A program made the translations under genes and the position numbers. From a virus (taxonomy: Duplodnaviria; Caudoviricetes): a DNA stretch of 60,386 nt. Shown piece after piece: positions 1 to 9,976 of the stretch. Under the pieces are notes generated by a model. That model was given only the letters and a program-made list of their open reading frames with translations. It was not told the origin of the DNA and did no database searches. The stretch's first letter is position 1, and each line of letters begins with the position of its first letter. The stretch is from positions 1 through 60,386 of the IMG/VR virus record IMGVR_UViG_3300032156_000009, one strand, 5' to 3'.

Positions 1-134
1 CTACTCGATGACTTCGTTTTTCATGATTACCGGTGATACATACCTTGTCGCGTCAGGTCGGCCAATGACGCCTCCGAAAGAGTTATTTGTATACCCTTCA
101 ACGGCGGTTACTGTATTGCCTGGGACTGATGGCT
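1..134. repeat. Terminal direct repeat, left copy (assembly overlap of a circular/permuted genome)
   Basis: 1-134 matches 60253-60386 except T127 vs A60379 (synonymous ACT/ACA Thr in the portal frame). Confidence 0.95.
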
Positions 135-1165
135 TCGTTCAGACGATGCTAACGACGTTGTATTGGGGGACAGACTTATATACACGCGATGAAATAAATA
201 AACATTTCCGCTTTTTCAACAAAGAGAAGACGTCCGAAATCTGTCATATAAAACATTTCAATCCAACGACTATTCAATCCAATGTTTATGGAATGTCTCC
301 GCTCAACCCGATTTATTACGAGATTAACCAACATCAAAGCGCTAATAGACATAACTTATCCGTCCTAGAACGCGGGGCTACTCCAAGCGGAATAATGAAT
401 ATTGACCCTCCAATTGATCATGATTCTTTTGTACGTTTGCAACAGCAGATAGACAAGCAATTTGCCGGTTCTGCTAATGCAGGTCGGGTTATGTTAGTCA
501 ACGGGCTTGGTAAGTATGAGCGTACGACAATGTCACAAAAAGATATGGACTTCTTAGAGCTCAAAAAGGAAGTGATTATTTCCATCTATCGTAATCTAAA
601 AATTCCTCTTGCCCTTATCACGCCTGAAACTATGACATACGACAATATGACGCGCGCAATGTTGATGCTGTACGATCTGGCAGTTTTGCCAATGGCAAAC
701 AGAATCTTTAGCGAACTCACAAACTTCTTGATCCCTCGTTATGGCCAGGATGTAAACGATTTTGTTATCACTTACGACCAAGGCGAAATCATAGCGCTAG
801 AAGCTCGCAGAAATGAGCAACTTAAAGTTGTGAAAGAATTAGAGATATTAACTGTAAATGAACTGCGTGCGTTAAATGGCGCTGATCCTTTGGACGGCGG
901 AGATGCCATTTATGGAGCGGCAAGTGAGATACCGATTGCGATTGACCCGAATGGAAGCACTGGAAAGATAAACTACGATGATCAACCGGCTATTGACGAG
1001 ATAGGCGGAAACGATGAACGAATCGGCACAGCAAAACCAAAACCGAAGAAAACATCACGAAGTAAATTCGCTGAGATTTTGAAAGCGAAGGTAGGCTCTG
1101 ATGGAAAGCCTCTTTTTAGAGACGACGAAATCAACAAAATAGCTGATAAACATGGCCTCGAATAA
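8..1165 (+). CDS. HK97-family portal protein, C-terminal part
   Basis: YGMSPL, GATPSGI, GSANAG, DMDFLE and LTVNELR motifs typical of HK97-type portals; follows terL. Confidence 0.92.
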   Translation: MTSFFMITGDTYLVASGRPMTPPKELFVYPSTAVTVLPGTDGFVQTMLTTLYWGTDLYTRDEINKHFRFFNKEKTSEICHIKHFNPTTIQSNVYGMSPLNPIYYEINQHQSANRHNLSVLERGATPSGIMNIDPPIDHDSFVRLQQQIDKQFAGSANAGRVMLVNGLGKYERTTMSQKDMDFLELKKEVIISIYRNLKIPLALITPETMTYDNMTRAMLMLYDLAVLPMANRIFSELTNFLIPRYGQDVNDFVITYDQGEIIALEARRNEQLKVVKELEILTVNELRALNGADPLDGGDAIYGAASEIPIAIDPNGSTGKINYDDQPAIDEIGGNDERIGTAKPKPKKTSRSKFAEILKAKVGSDGKPLFRDDEINKIADKHGLE

Positions 1166-2078
1166 TGATTTTGATGAGTTAGATGACTTGGATGATCTTG
1201 ACGCGGATGAGCGGGAAGAACTAGAAGAGTCAGAAGACGAATCACCAGAGAAAGACGAAAATTCAAAAAGAAAGGCGTTGCTAGCCGCCGCTGCAGCGGC
1301 TCTTGCATTGACGATGAAACAAGAAAAAAAGATCAAGGAAAAGTTATCTGCACATTTTGACGCACTCTCAAAAGAAGTACGAAAATATTACGCAACCCAT
1401 TCAAAATTACCCCCGTTAGATGATCACAGAAACACAATCAAAGAAATCATACAGAGTCACTATATATCTACCGCAGGTTTTGCTTCCCGCATGTTTCGTG
1501 ATGAGTTTGAAGATGTCACAGACACAGACGGAGAGCTCATCAATTCGATCGTTGACGATAAAATTGATAGGGATGCAGACGAGCATAGCGATAGTGCTTC
1601 CGATCTCATATCAGACACGACAGAAAGCAATTTTAAGGATTACATTAAAGATGCGATAGCGATAGCTGCCACGGCCGGCGTGTTAATGTCTGCGCGTGAT
1701 ATAGGTGAGGCGATATCGGAGAAGTTTGACGAAACAGCAGAAGGTCGAATCGATAATATTTCTCTCACTGAAACAGGTATTGCGGTAAGTGATGGGAAGC
1801 TTGACGAAATACAAGCACTAGAAGACGTCAAGGCAGACTTTGAAGATGGTACTAACATAACTGAGTACGCGCGTACTAAAACGTGGGTAGCGATCCTGGA
1901 CGATCGTACGAGGCCATGGCATGAAGAAGCGGATGGGCAAACGGTAGGGGTTGATGAACCATTCGTCGTGAACGGTGAAGAGTTGATGATGCCGCGTGAT
2001 GACTCATTAGGGGCTAGTCCTGATAATTTAATAAATTGTCGTTGCGAAGGAGTGATTTCTATGGAACTTTTAAATTAA
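1152..2078 (+). CDS. Phage Mu F / SPP1 gp7-like head morphogenesis protein
   Basis: C-terminal KTWVAILDDRTRPWH...DGQ...INCRC motif; directly after the portal. Confidence 0.85.
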   Translation: MASNNDFDELDDLDDLDADEREELEESEDESPEKDENSKRKALLAAAAAALALTMKQEKKIKEKLSAHFDALSKEVRKYYATHSKLPPLDDHRNTIKEIIQSHYISTAGFASRMFRDEFEDVTDTDGELINSIVDDKIDRDADEHSDSASDLISDTTESNFKDYIKDAIAIAATAGVLMSARDIGEAISEKFDETAEGRIDNISLTETGIAVSDGKLDEIQALEDVKADFEDGTNITEYARTKTWVAILDDRTRPWHEEADGQTVGVDEPFVVNGEELMMPRDDSLGASPDNLINCRCEGVISMELLN

Positions 2079-2417
2079 CCGAATTGCGTGCTTTATTTCC
2101 TGATTAAATTCCTCGTTTAATTGCACTTCAAGTCTATCATATTCGCCATTGATAAAATCTTCCGCCTTCTTTCTGATTCCACTAAATGTTATTGAGATGT
2201 CGCCTTCAAAAACATAGAAGTGCCCGATTGGATTTTCTATGCGATAAATATTGCTTATTGTTGTGTATCTTTTCCTAGAAACGATAACCCCGCTCATCAA
2301 TGTTATCGAAGGAAATAATCTTTTTTTAGCTTTGCAGATTGGATCGTCGTAATCAATTCTTAAAAACAAAACGATTTTGTTTAGTTTGAATCTATAAGCG
2401 GGTTTATTTATTTTCAT
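2070..2417 (-). CDS. Hypothetical protein
   Basis: ORF with ATGA overlap to the upstream gene, in a minus-strand island. Confidence 0.55.
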   Translation of the reverse strand: MKINKPAYRFKLNKIVLFLRIDYDDPICKAKKRLFPSITLMSGVIVSRKRYTTISNIYRIENPIGHFYVFEGDISITFSGIRKKAEDFINGEYDRLEVQLNEEFNQEIKHAIRLI

Positions 2418-2599
2418 CGCTTCCCCCTCTTCTCTAAACAGTCATCGCATATAAAATAATCGGGCGCTCGTTCTCTTTCGCCCGTTGATTGATTCTTCGC
2501 AAAAACATTATCCACTTTCAGCCAACCCCAAGGCTGTATGCCTTTCTTGCATTCTCCCAATACTTTGCACTTGCTGCATGTAACAATGAGCTTTTTCAC
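2414..2599 (-). CDS. Small zinc-ribbon protein
   Basis: CSKC and CDDC pairs. Confidence 0.55.
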   Translation of the reverse strand: MKKLIVTCSKCKVLGECKKGIQPWGWLKVDNVFAKNQSTGERERAPDYFICDDCLEKRGKR

Positions 2600-3468
2600 A
2601 CATGTATTTCCTGAACGCGTTTCTTGAATATTCTAGCCGTATTCGTTCCTATAGCCTTTCGCAGATCGGCCGTTATTTCGATCTCGCCTTTCGATTCTTT
2701 GATGACATCGTCATACATTGCTTTGATGATGGTGGGTATATCTTTAAGATCTACAGTCTCAGGAAACGCTTGTAGAACGTGCGTAAGGCGCATATCAGTC
2801 ACCCACTCATTGGCTATCGCTTTGGCTGCCTTAAGAACTTCTAGCTTGTCTGGATCGATGATTTTTCGATGTGTAGCCGTTTCTCTAAACTTCTCGCCTT
2901 TATGTTTGGATATGATTCTTTTGCCATCGTTACCGATTAGCTCAATTATTGGCCTGATCACTATTCCTTCTCTTTCGCGCGGTTCGATTATTCCATTTCT
3001 AACGGCTTGAACGGATGGTGCATCGCGTTCAGCGTCTAACGCTTCAATCGTTGTTGAGATGCGGTTGTAGTAAACAAACTCTAGGTCAAGCATTCGCGTG
3101 GCTAAATCATCGGCATGGTCTACACTCAACCAGTTATCATCGATCTTGACTTCAAACACAACGAACTTGAGTTTCTTGCCGTAGGTGTGGGACATGGCTT
3201 GCATCTTCCCACCATAAGCCTCACCGTAAACGATAACGCTTTCAGCGCATAACATATTGAATCTTAACAATAATTGCTCAAGATTGAACAAGTCTGAAAA
3301 TTCTTTAAGAGATGCCCCACCTGAAAAGAAAATGATTTTTGGTATGCCTTCTTCTTTCTTGTAGATTATCTTCGCGCTCGTTCCATGGATTTTCTCCATT
3401 GCAAAGCACTCGCGAAACATCAATATACGTTGATCTTTGTATAGATTTTCGATTTCGTAATAGCCCAT
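2596..3468 (-). CDS. ATP-dependent RNA ligase, Rnl2-like
   Basis: Nucleotidyltransferase motifs: I EKIHGTS, III VYGEAYG, IIIa FVVFEV, IV EGIVIRP, V ISKHK; C-terminal WVTDMRLTHVL resembles the Rnl2 C-domain. Confidence 0.8.
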   Translation of the reverse strand: MGYYEIENLYKDQRILMFRECFAMEKIHGTSAKIIYKKEEGIPKIIFFSGGASLKEFSDLFNLEQLLLRFNMLCAESVIVYGEAYGGKMQAMSHTYGKKLKFVVFEVKIDDNWLSVDHADDLATRMLDLEFVYYNRISTTIEALDAERDAPSVQAVRNGIIEPREREGIVIRPIIELIGNDGKRIISKHKGEKFRETATHRKIIDPDKLEVLKAAKAIANEWVTDMRLTHVLQAFPETVDLKDIPTIIKAMYDDVIKESKGEIEITADLRKAIGTNTARIFKKRVQEIHV

Positions 3469-3470
3469 GG

Positions 3471-3839
3471 TTATTCCTCATTAAGTTCTTCGATTAGTTC
3501 TATTTTTTTGGCTACTATTTCTGATTCTTTTTCAATCAACCTAAATTCATTATAAATCATCACCCTTTTGCATTGATTGAAAGTTAAATATATGTCTTCT
3601 TCGAAAATGCTGTTGCTATATAGAGTACTGATAGTCTGAGAATCTTGATAATCTTTATAAACCCCGTATTTTATTTCCTGAAAAGCTTTTGCGAAATTGG
3701 GTTGCATTGATTTCTCAAACCCCGCAGGTTCAGCGGTAATTTTATAAATGATTCCCTTTTCGATTTTTGGTTCTTTTTCGTATTCGTTTTTATAGTAGAC
3801 TACCTGCCCGATTTTGTATTTTGGGTTTATCGCGTTCAT
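3471..3839 (-). CDS. Hypothetical protein (N-terminal KYKIGQVVYY)
   Basis: ORF with AGAGGTG Shine-Dalgarno. Confidence 0.6.
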   Translation of the reverse strand: MNAINPKYKIGQVVYYKNEYEKEPKIEKGIIYKITAEPAGFEKSMQPNFAKAFQEIKYGVYKDYQDSQTISTLYSNSIFEEDIYLTFNQCKRVMIYNEFRLIEKESEIVAKKIELIEELNEE

Positions 3840-3856
3840 AGAGCACCTCTGTTAAA

Positions 3857-4081
3857 TTACATAAGGAAAAATGAAAACGTTTCTTTGATAACCGACAGGT
3901 TAATGTTGTGACATATCAGCCATTTCATCCATGCAAAAGGCCAGAATATGCCGTCGACAATGCACCAAAATATACTTTTGGTGATGTGATAGGCAATAAT
4001 TGAAGTAAAAACTGCCAGTACTATAACGTATAACGACTGCGTCCCAGATGAAACGCTTATATTTGCAGAAGATTTTGTCAT
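3857..4081 (-). CDS. Small membrane protein
   Basis: Two hydrophobic segments; AAGGTG SD. Confidence 0.55.
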   Translation of the reverse strand: MTKSSANISVSSGTQSLYVIVLAVFTSIIAYHITKSIFWCIVDGIFWPFAWMKWLICHNINLSVIKETFSFFLM

Positions 4082-4104
4082 AGAACACCTTTGTTTTGAT
4101 TGAA

Positions 4105-4329
4105 TTATTTTTTCTTTTTGTTCAACTTGTCGGTTTGTTCTTTAAAGTATTTGAAAATTTCTAGTTGTTCTTTATGTTCTATTTCTTGAACGCATAATTG
4201 GTTTCTTATTTCGCTCAACGAACGGTATAAAGGTATTGTCATTTCACAGATATAAGCAGTTAACATCTTATAGACAATAAACGTGATTATGATCGCTTCG
4301 CATAACATTAAAAACATATAAAGGTTCAT
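4105..4329 (-). CDS. Hypothetical protein, N-terminal TM segment plus coiled coil
   Basis: ORF coupled to upstream gene by ATGA overlap. Confidence 0.5.
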   Translation of the reverse strand: MNLYMFLMLCEAIIITFIVYKMLTAYICEMTIPLYRSLSEIRNQLCVQEIEHKEQLEIFKYFKEQTDKLNKKKK

Positions 4330-4712
4330 TTCTTTTTCTCCTCTTCCAGTTTTCCAATAAAAGTTTGTTTTGCTTTCTCAAGTATTTTGATCAAAGCAGC
4401 AGCTTTATCTATCGCAGTATCGGGATAATTCATATATGCATCGTTACACATAAAGAATATATCCACGTTTACATAATTAATTTTGTTTATTAATTCCAAA
4501 ATCTCTTGAAGGGTAAAGGCTGCCGCGACAAGCCTATATTCGTCTGAGACGTTATTTTCGGCGTTATATACCTCATCATGAGTAAACAGTAGCCCTTGTT
4601 TTTTTATCCCATATTCAAACACGTCATAATACCCACAAAATATCGAGTCTTGAGTAACCCCCAGCTCTTTTAACTTGATCGCCTGTTCTAGCGTGCAGAC
4701 ATAGTTTCTCAT
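4326..4712 (-). CDS. Conserved phage hypothetical protein
   Basis: VCTLEQAIKLKELGV...AAFTLQEILE pattern seen in phage small proteins. Confidence 0.6.
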   Translation of the reverse strand: MRNYVCTLEQAIKLKELGVTQDSIFCGYYDVFEYGIKKQGLLFTHDEVYNAENNVSDEYRLVAAAFTLQEILELINKINYVNVDIFFMCNDAYMNYPDTAIDKAAALIKILEKAKQTFIGKLEEEKKK

Positions 4713-4912
4713 TGCTTGTGCTCCTCTTCATTGATCTTCATCCCCATTGGATTTAGCACTCTTTCAAAATATCTTTTATTAAAAGAAGCATCATCTTCAT
4801 TCTCTTTCCTGTAGATATTATGGAACGCAGCCCACCTATCTAAATTTTCATTTTCAAATTGACACGCGTAGATTTTTTTTATCTTTTTCTTGAATGATAA
4901 TTTTTTACTCAC
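4709..4912 (-). CDS. Hypothetical protein (probable GTG start at 4912)
   Basis: GTGA overlap with the upstream stop, preceded by AGAGGA. Confidence 0.45.
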   Translation of the reverse strand: MSKKLSFKKKIKKIYACQFENENLDRWAAFHNIYRKENEDDASFNKRYFERVLNPMGMKINEEEHKQ

Positions 4913-5091
4913 TGCTTGTGTTCCTCTATCCACTTCTCAAAAGCGTCAGTATTAATCAATATCTTGACGCCTATTCGCCTAATGCAGACTTTGAGCCCGT
5001 TCTCTTTTGCACGCTTGATAAGCCCGCGCAAAGCGTACTCTGTAAACGATGGGTACTGCTCTGCGACTTGTCTAACTGTCAAAAATTGCAT
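4909..5091 (-). CDS. Excisionase/AlpA-like small DNA-binding protein
   Basis: MQFLTVRQVAEQYP...IRRIGVKILINTDAFEKWI, a winged-helix-like pattern; likely start is ATG 5091. Confidence 0.65.
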   Translation of the reverse strand: MQFLTVRQVAEQYPSFTEYALRGLIKRAKENGLKVCIRRIGVKILINTDAFEKWIEEHKQ

Positions 5092-5101
5092 TGTTTGTTT
5101 C

Positions 5102-5539
5102 CTAGTGTTTAATTCTTGAGAGGAATTCACACAAATCACCAGGTAAGTGTTTTTTAAGTGATGCGCTTCTTGATTGTAAAATATATTCAATTTCTTTGAC
5201 TGACTTTTCTCCAATACCAGGTACACATTCCAACATAGTTCTGCTTAATCTTGTTAGATCTCTGATCGTTTGTAGCCAAGTTATTCTTCTTAAACCATTC
5301 ATTGCCCTTCCGCTCAGTTCAAGATCCTCTATTGGTTTGTCAAGTCCAGCTGGTTCAACAAACTCAAAATTATGTGTATCGTCCATAAGCAGAAAACTTA
5401 AAGGAAAGGTTATATGCAGGGCAGGGTCATAAACAATGACATGATCATTAGTGACTTCTTTTACGATTACATGTCTTGGCCGATAGAACGATATCTTATC
5501 GCCAGCCTTTATTTTTTCTTTTAACTCGCTAAGTTTCAT
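5102..5539 (-). CDS. Protein with a C-terminal RNA polymerase alpha-CTD-like domain
   Basis: PIEDLELSGRAMNGLRR...TIRDL...VPGIGEKSVKEIEYIL aligns with RpoA CTD PVDDLELTVRSANCLK...IGDL...TPNLGKKSLTEIKDVL. Confidence 0.85.
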   Translation of the reverse strand: MKLSELKEKIKAGDKISFYRPRHVIVKEVTNDHVIVYDPALHITFPLSFLLMDDTHNFEFVEPAGLDKPIEDLELSGRAMNGLRRITWLQTIRDLTRLSRTMLECVPGIGEKSVKEIEYILQSRSASLKKHLPGDLCEFLSRIKH

Positions 5540-5669
5540 TTTTTTATCTTCCCAATCATGGCCTATCTATACCTTTGTATGTTACCACACGCTAAACAAA
5601 GATAAAAGGGACAACGCAGAACTAATCAAATTATTCTTATATTTCAATGAGTTATGAATTGGTTTCTGA

Positions 5670-5697
5670 TTGACACTCATACCTATGCGGATATTAT
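5670..5697 (+). promoter_or_regulatory. Putative sigma70 promoter for the protease/capsid operon
   Basis: TTGACA-N16-TATTAT upstream of 5754. Confidence 0.45.
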
Positions 5698-5753
5698 CCT
5701 TTCTCCATATCTCACTTATTTTGTTTTGAAATACGAGTACAGGATATTCCACT

Positions 5754-6527
5754 ATGCCATCAGCCAAAGAACACGCTGCAAAAAATGATTCAACCCGAAT
5801 GGAACATAAAATTTTCTCATTCCAGCTATTAGAAGCGATTGATACGAAATCAGACAGTTTCAATGAAACCGCTTGTTATGGTGTTGTGAAAGGCTATGCC
5901 TCTACTTATGGAAACGTAGATGCTTGCAATGACATCGTGTTGGAAGGCGCATTCTTGGAATCCATTCAAGACTACAAGAACAAAAATAGGCTGATAAAGG
6001 TTTACTACCAACATAATCCAATGGGCATGTCTTTACCTGTCGGCGGTATTAAACCCGAAAACATCGACAGCGATAAAGTGGGTTTGCCCGTTTCTATCGA
6101 TATCAACAAAGATGTCCAGCTCGCACGAGAAGTTTATTCGCTTACAAAACAGCGCGTACTCTGCGATATGTCCATTGGTTATAGCGTCGATGATTATTCA
6201 TACAATGCAGACGGTCAAAGACTTCTCAAAAAATTAAAGCTGTGGGAAGTCTCTATTGTCGGAGAACCAGCTAATTCGCTCGCCAAAATAAGCGAAGTCA
6301 AAACAAGAGATAAAAACAGATTTTTCACCATCGATGAAATTAAAAACATCGATACAAAAAGAGAATTAGAAGACGTCCTAAGAGAATCAGGAGCGTTTTC
6401 AAAAGAGGCGGCCGTTTATTTGGCCAGCCACTTTATCGAGAAGTCGCGGAGAGATTCCGAGCCATCACAAGATAAAGATATATTGAGTTCCATCGAGGAA
6501 CTTAAAAAACTATTAATCAAAATTTAG
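5754..6527 (+). CDS. HK97-family prohead protease
   Basis: GYASTYGNVD, YYQH, MSIGY, LWEVSIVGEPAN motifs. Confidence 0.93.
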   Translation: MPSAKEHAAKNDSTRMEHKIFSFQLLEAIDTKSDSFNETACYGVVKGYASTYGNVDACNDIVLEGAFLESIQDYKNKNRLIKVYYQHNPMGMSLPVGGIKPENIDSDKVGLPVSIDINKDVQLAREVYSLTKQRVLCDMSIGYSVDDYSYNADGQRLLKKLKLWEVSIVGEPANSLAKISEVKTRDKNRFFTIDEIKNIDTKRELEDVLRESGAFSKEAAVYLASHFIEKSRRDSEPSQDKDILSSIEELKKLLIKI

Positions 6528-6535
6528 AGGTCAAT

Positions 6536-7798
6536 ATGCCATTAGATGTACAACCGCTAGATAACCTAACCCAGGTTGTCGGCCAATTACGCGAGCTTGT
6601 CGAGACGAAGTCCAAAGAGAGCGCGGAATATAAAGAAAAGATGGAAAAACTTTCCATCGCAATGGACAACGCAGAGAAGAAACAGAACGAATTAGTCGCA
6701 AAAATTTCTGCTGAGAAAGATGCGGCTAAATTAGCTGAGAAAGCATTAACCGATAAAATTGACCAACTTGAGACAAAAGCTTTCCGTCCGAATGGAAATG
6801 GCGAAATCAAAGTGAAGTCGGAATCAACCAGATCATGGGATAGAGCTATTCGTTCACCAGAGAGAGAGGGCACACTTTCAGAATTCAAAAAAATGTGCTT
6901 AGCCTCCGCTGATGAATATAACGCAGGTATTGATATTGAGAAGAAATATTTGCGCACTGATAGCAATATCGATGGTGGTTATCTATGCCCCCCAGAATGG
7001 GCAAAAGAAATTGCCAAGAAAAAGGTAGAAATTACCCCCATGAGACAATTGGCTCGTTCAGCGACTGTTGGTACAAAAGCTTGGGAACAACCGATCAGAA
7101 ATACCATTGCAGAAGCAACTTATGAAGGTGAAGCCGAGGCCGTTGGAGATACCAATTCACAATATGGTTTATTGGAAATCACCAACAATCGTTTAACCGC
7201 ATCAGTCCCTGTGACTTATGAAATGTTGAATGATGGACACTATGATATCCAAGCCGAAATCCAAAACGACATCACGATTCAATTCGCTAAAAAAGAAGGT
7301 TACATGTTCTTAAAAGGAACTGGTGCAAAACAACCTTATGGTTTGATGAATGATACTACTGTGCCAACAAGAGTGAGTGGCGTTGCTGCTGATATTACTT
7401 TCGACACAATCAAATTGGTCGTCGGTGATTTGAAAGTGGGTTATGACCCAACCTTCATGTTGAATCGTAAAACTGTTGCCTATCTTTCCACCTTGAAAAA
7501 CTCTATTGGGGCTTACTTGTGGCAAGAAGGATCAACCGGTGATGGCGTTCCTTCAACATTAGCTGGTCATCCTTATGTAAGAGCTATTGATATGGACGAT
7601 ATCGGTGCAAACCTTTATCCGATTATCTTTGGTGACTTCAAAGAGGGTTATCAGATTGTGGATCGTTTTGGTATGTACGTCATTAGAGATGAGATCACCA
7701 AAGCGAACAAAGGAATGATCAACTACATATTCCACCTCTATAACGGCGGACGTGTCAGATTATCAGAAGCCTTTGTCAAATTACAATGCCATGTCTAA
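6536..7798 (+). CDS. HK97-family major capsid protein
   Basis: Coiled-coil delta domain, DGGYLCP, FLKGTGAKQPYGL, IIFGDF. Confidence 0.93.
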   Translation: MPLDVQPLDNLTQVVGQLRELVETKSKESAEYKEKMEKLSIAMDNAEKKQNELVAKISAEKDAAKLAEKALTDKIDQLETKAFRPNGNGEIKVKSESTRSWDRAIRSPEREGTLSEFKKMCLASADEYNAGIDIEKKYLRTDSNIDGGYLCPPEWAKEIAKKKVEITPMRQLARSATVGTKAWEQPIRNTIAEATYEGEAEAVGDTNSQYGLLEITNNRLTASVPVTYEMLNDGHYDIQAEIQNDITIQFAKKEGYMFLKGTGAKQPYGLMNDTTVPTRVSGVAADITFDTIKLVVGDLKVGYDPTFMLNRKTVAYLSTLKNSIGAYLWQEGSTGDGVPSTLAGHPYVRAIDMDDIGANLYPIIFGDFKEGYQIVDRFGMYVIRDEITKANKGMINYIFHLYNGGRVRLSEAFVKLQCHV

Positions 7799-7833
7799 TC
7801 GGTGTTTTAACAATTTAATATGAGGAAAATTTT

Positions 7834-8256
7834 ATGGCTCAAATAGATATTCATTCCCGTGCAACGGTTGCTTCTGCTCTTAATATCCAAGCGATCACAA
7901 CTGATACAACCACAGTTGGAGCTATTATTGATACGCAAGATCAAAATTCATTGGAATTCATTTTCAATTATGGAACTGTTTCCGCAGGTGTTTTGACCCC
8001 ATTAATACATGAGGGAGACAACGCATCTCTAACTGATGCTGCTGTTGTTTCTACTGATTACCTTTTGGGAACTATCGCATCAGCGACTTTTACTTTTGGT
8101 ACTTCCACCAATAACGTCCCTAAGAGCTTAGGCTATGTGGGCAAAAAGCGTTATGTGCGTGTCAGCATTGTTAGTACAGTCTCTGCTAATGGAACTGTTG
8201 GAGTGATTGCGCTCAAAGAGAATCCAGGCATTGCCAGCGTCGATGCTTTGTCCTAA
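7834..8256 (+). CDS. Capsid decoration/cement-like protein
   Basis: Directly after MCP; beta-rich with GYVGKKRYVRV. Confidence 0.6.
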   Translation: MAQIDIHSRATVASALNIQAITTDTTTVGAIIDTQDQNSLEFIFNYGTVSAGVLTPLIHEGDNASLTDAAVVSTDYLLGTIASATFTFGTSTNNVPKSLGYVGKKRYVRVSIVSTVSANGTVGVIALKENPGIASVDALS

Positions 8257-8272
8257 CTGAAAAAGTTAAATT

Positions 8273-8524
8273 ATGAAAATTAAAATAACTGAATATTGCT
8301 TTGAAAGAATCGATGGTCGAATCCTCATTTTAGATGCGGGAAAGGTCATGGATGTTTCAGAAAAAGAAGCATTTAGTTTAATAGACAAAAATTTAGCTAT
8401 AGAAATCAATGAGTTAGGTGGTTCTAATACAGAGTCACCTACTTCATTTGAAAATAAAATGATTGATGTTGTTTATAAAAAACGCGGTCGTCCGCGAAAA
8501 GAGGTAAAAGATGGGAACATATAA
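8273..8524 (+). CDS. Small head-associated protein with an AT-hook-like tail
   Basis: C-terminal KKRGRPRK; position after the capsid genes. Confidence 0.55.
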   Translation: MKIKITEYCFERIDGRILILDAGKVMDVSEKEAFSLIDKNLAIEINELGGSNTESPTSFENKMIDVVYKKRGRPRKEVKDGNI

Positions 8525-9002
8525 TTTAAATAACTATGTTGCGCAGCCAGTAGGTCTTTCAAAAGACAACCCAGTTCATTTGGCTAATTCCGTTTATCAC
8601 GATCTTGGGAATATCGAACATTTCAATGGCAATCCATATACGCCAGTACAAATAGACGCAGTATTAAGCGGGTCTGGTAATGGGACGGTTATTCTTAACC
8701 AAGTTGTCACAAAATATTCTACCGCGACTGCAATTGCTGTTGCAGGTAGAGCTGTTATTGCTGGCGGAACTGGTTTGGCGATGACTTTAGCAGCTCCTGT
8801 CCAATATGGATTATGCGATATCAATGTTCTTTCGTTGGCATCCGGTAACGTTGTAGTGACTTGTGCTGTTGGTGTGACTTTCGACGGTACGAACAACACG
8901 GCGACATTTAATGCTGCTGCTGATCGTTTGACCATCGGATATAAATCAGCCACTCAATGGGAAATCTTTTTGAATAACAGCGTTGTATTGAGCGCAGTGT
9001 AA
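8511..9002 (+). CDS. Putative virion structural protein
   Basis: Ala/Gly/Thr/Val-rich, in the late operon. Confidence 0.55.
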   Translation: MGTYNLNNYVAQPVGLSKDNPVHLANSVYHDLGNIEHFNGNPYTPVQIDAVLSGSGNGTVILNQVVTKYSTATAIAVAGRAVIAGGTGLAMTLAAPVQYGLCDINVLSLASGNVVVTCAVGVTFDGTNNTATFNAAADRLTIGYKSATQWEIFLNNSVVLSAV

Positions 9003-9064
9003 TTTTTAAAAGGGTTATTTATTGTAAATAGTCCCTTTAATTATACATTTATGGTTTTTTAATT

Positions 9065-9976
9065 ATGCCATTAGCTAAGTTTGTAATAACAAGCCATCAA
9101 ACAGGAGAAGAGTTGAAATCAATGACATTCAACCCAGACGTTGATGGTGTTGGTGTACTTAGAGATTTAGTCGATACTCCTTTTGAATATGATTATCCTG
9201 ATGATAGTAGAAGATATGCAACAATAGAATTGCCTGGATATGCTGGAATAGTTATTGCGATAAGAGGTGAAGGGGTTTACGAAGCCAGATTAGACAAATT
9301 ATTCACTGTTAATGATGTTGGCTCTATTTGGGATCAATTGATATCTATTCATAATATCTCAGGTACTTTTGGAGCTAAATGTAGGCGATTAATTCCAAGC
9401 GAAACATTATCTGATTATTACACTAATTTAACTCCAGTAACCAGTACTATGGCATTAAATGCTACCGTAGCCAAGGATTCGACGGTAGCTAAAGATGCAA
9501 CCGTAGCTAAAGATGCAACCGTAGCGAAAGCCTCTGATCTTACAACATTAGCCGGATTAGTAGCGCTAGATTCTACGGTTGCGAAAGAAGCGACGAATAC
9601 AGCGATCAAAGCTCAAACGGATTTGTTGCATTTCAACGGAGATAATGTTCAAGCGCGAGTTGCAGATAAAGGCGTATTTGGTTCATTGTCCGAAACAACG
9701 ATAAAAAATGCTGTTTGGGATGCATTATTAGCTGATCATACTGCAACAGGATCCATGGGGTTGGCGTTATCAAAAGCTAGTCAAAATTGCATCTATAGCA
9801 ATATGTATATTGATCAACCGGTTTACTCTTCCAATAACATTTTAACTTCTTGTCGCATACGCGTTTATAGCGTTCCAGGAAGTGTAGGGACAGATAGCGA
9901 TGTGTTATTCACTTATACGATGATGGCAACAGAAACAGCGGGAAGAGTCTTAACCTATAAAACGGTGAGAGTATGA
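9065..9976 (+). CDS. Putative virion protein with TVAKDA repeats
   Basis: Tandem TVAKD(S/A) hexapeptides at about 9463-9530 (18-bp DNA repeat). Confidence 0.6.
   Translation: MPLAKFVITSHQTGEELKSMTFNPDVDGVGVLRDLVDTPFEYDYPDDSRRYATIELPGYAGIVIAIRGEGVYEARLDKLFTVNDVGSIWDQLISIHNISGTFGAKCRRLIPSETLSDYYTNLTPVTSTMALNATVAKDSTVAKDATVAKDATVAKASDLTTLAGLVALDSTVAKEATNTAIKAQTDLLHFNGDNVQARVADKGVFGSLSETTIKNAVWDALLADHTATGSMGLALSKASQNCIYSNMYIDQPVYSSNNILTSCRIRVYSVPGSVGTDSDVLFTYTMMATETAGRVLTYKTVRV

Noticed and set aside
1-134. Biological terminal repeat
   Set aside because: It falls in the middle of the portal gene, as expected for an assembly overlap of a circular or permuted contig
596-1858. Antisense and alternate-frame ORFs over the portal and Mu-F genes (likewise 2624..3010, 5582..5863, 6517..6966, 33653..34045, 36325..36657, 59573..59941)
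   Set aside because: Shadow ORFs of well-supported genes, with no motifs or SD
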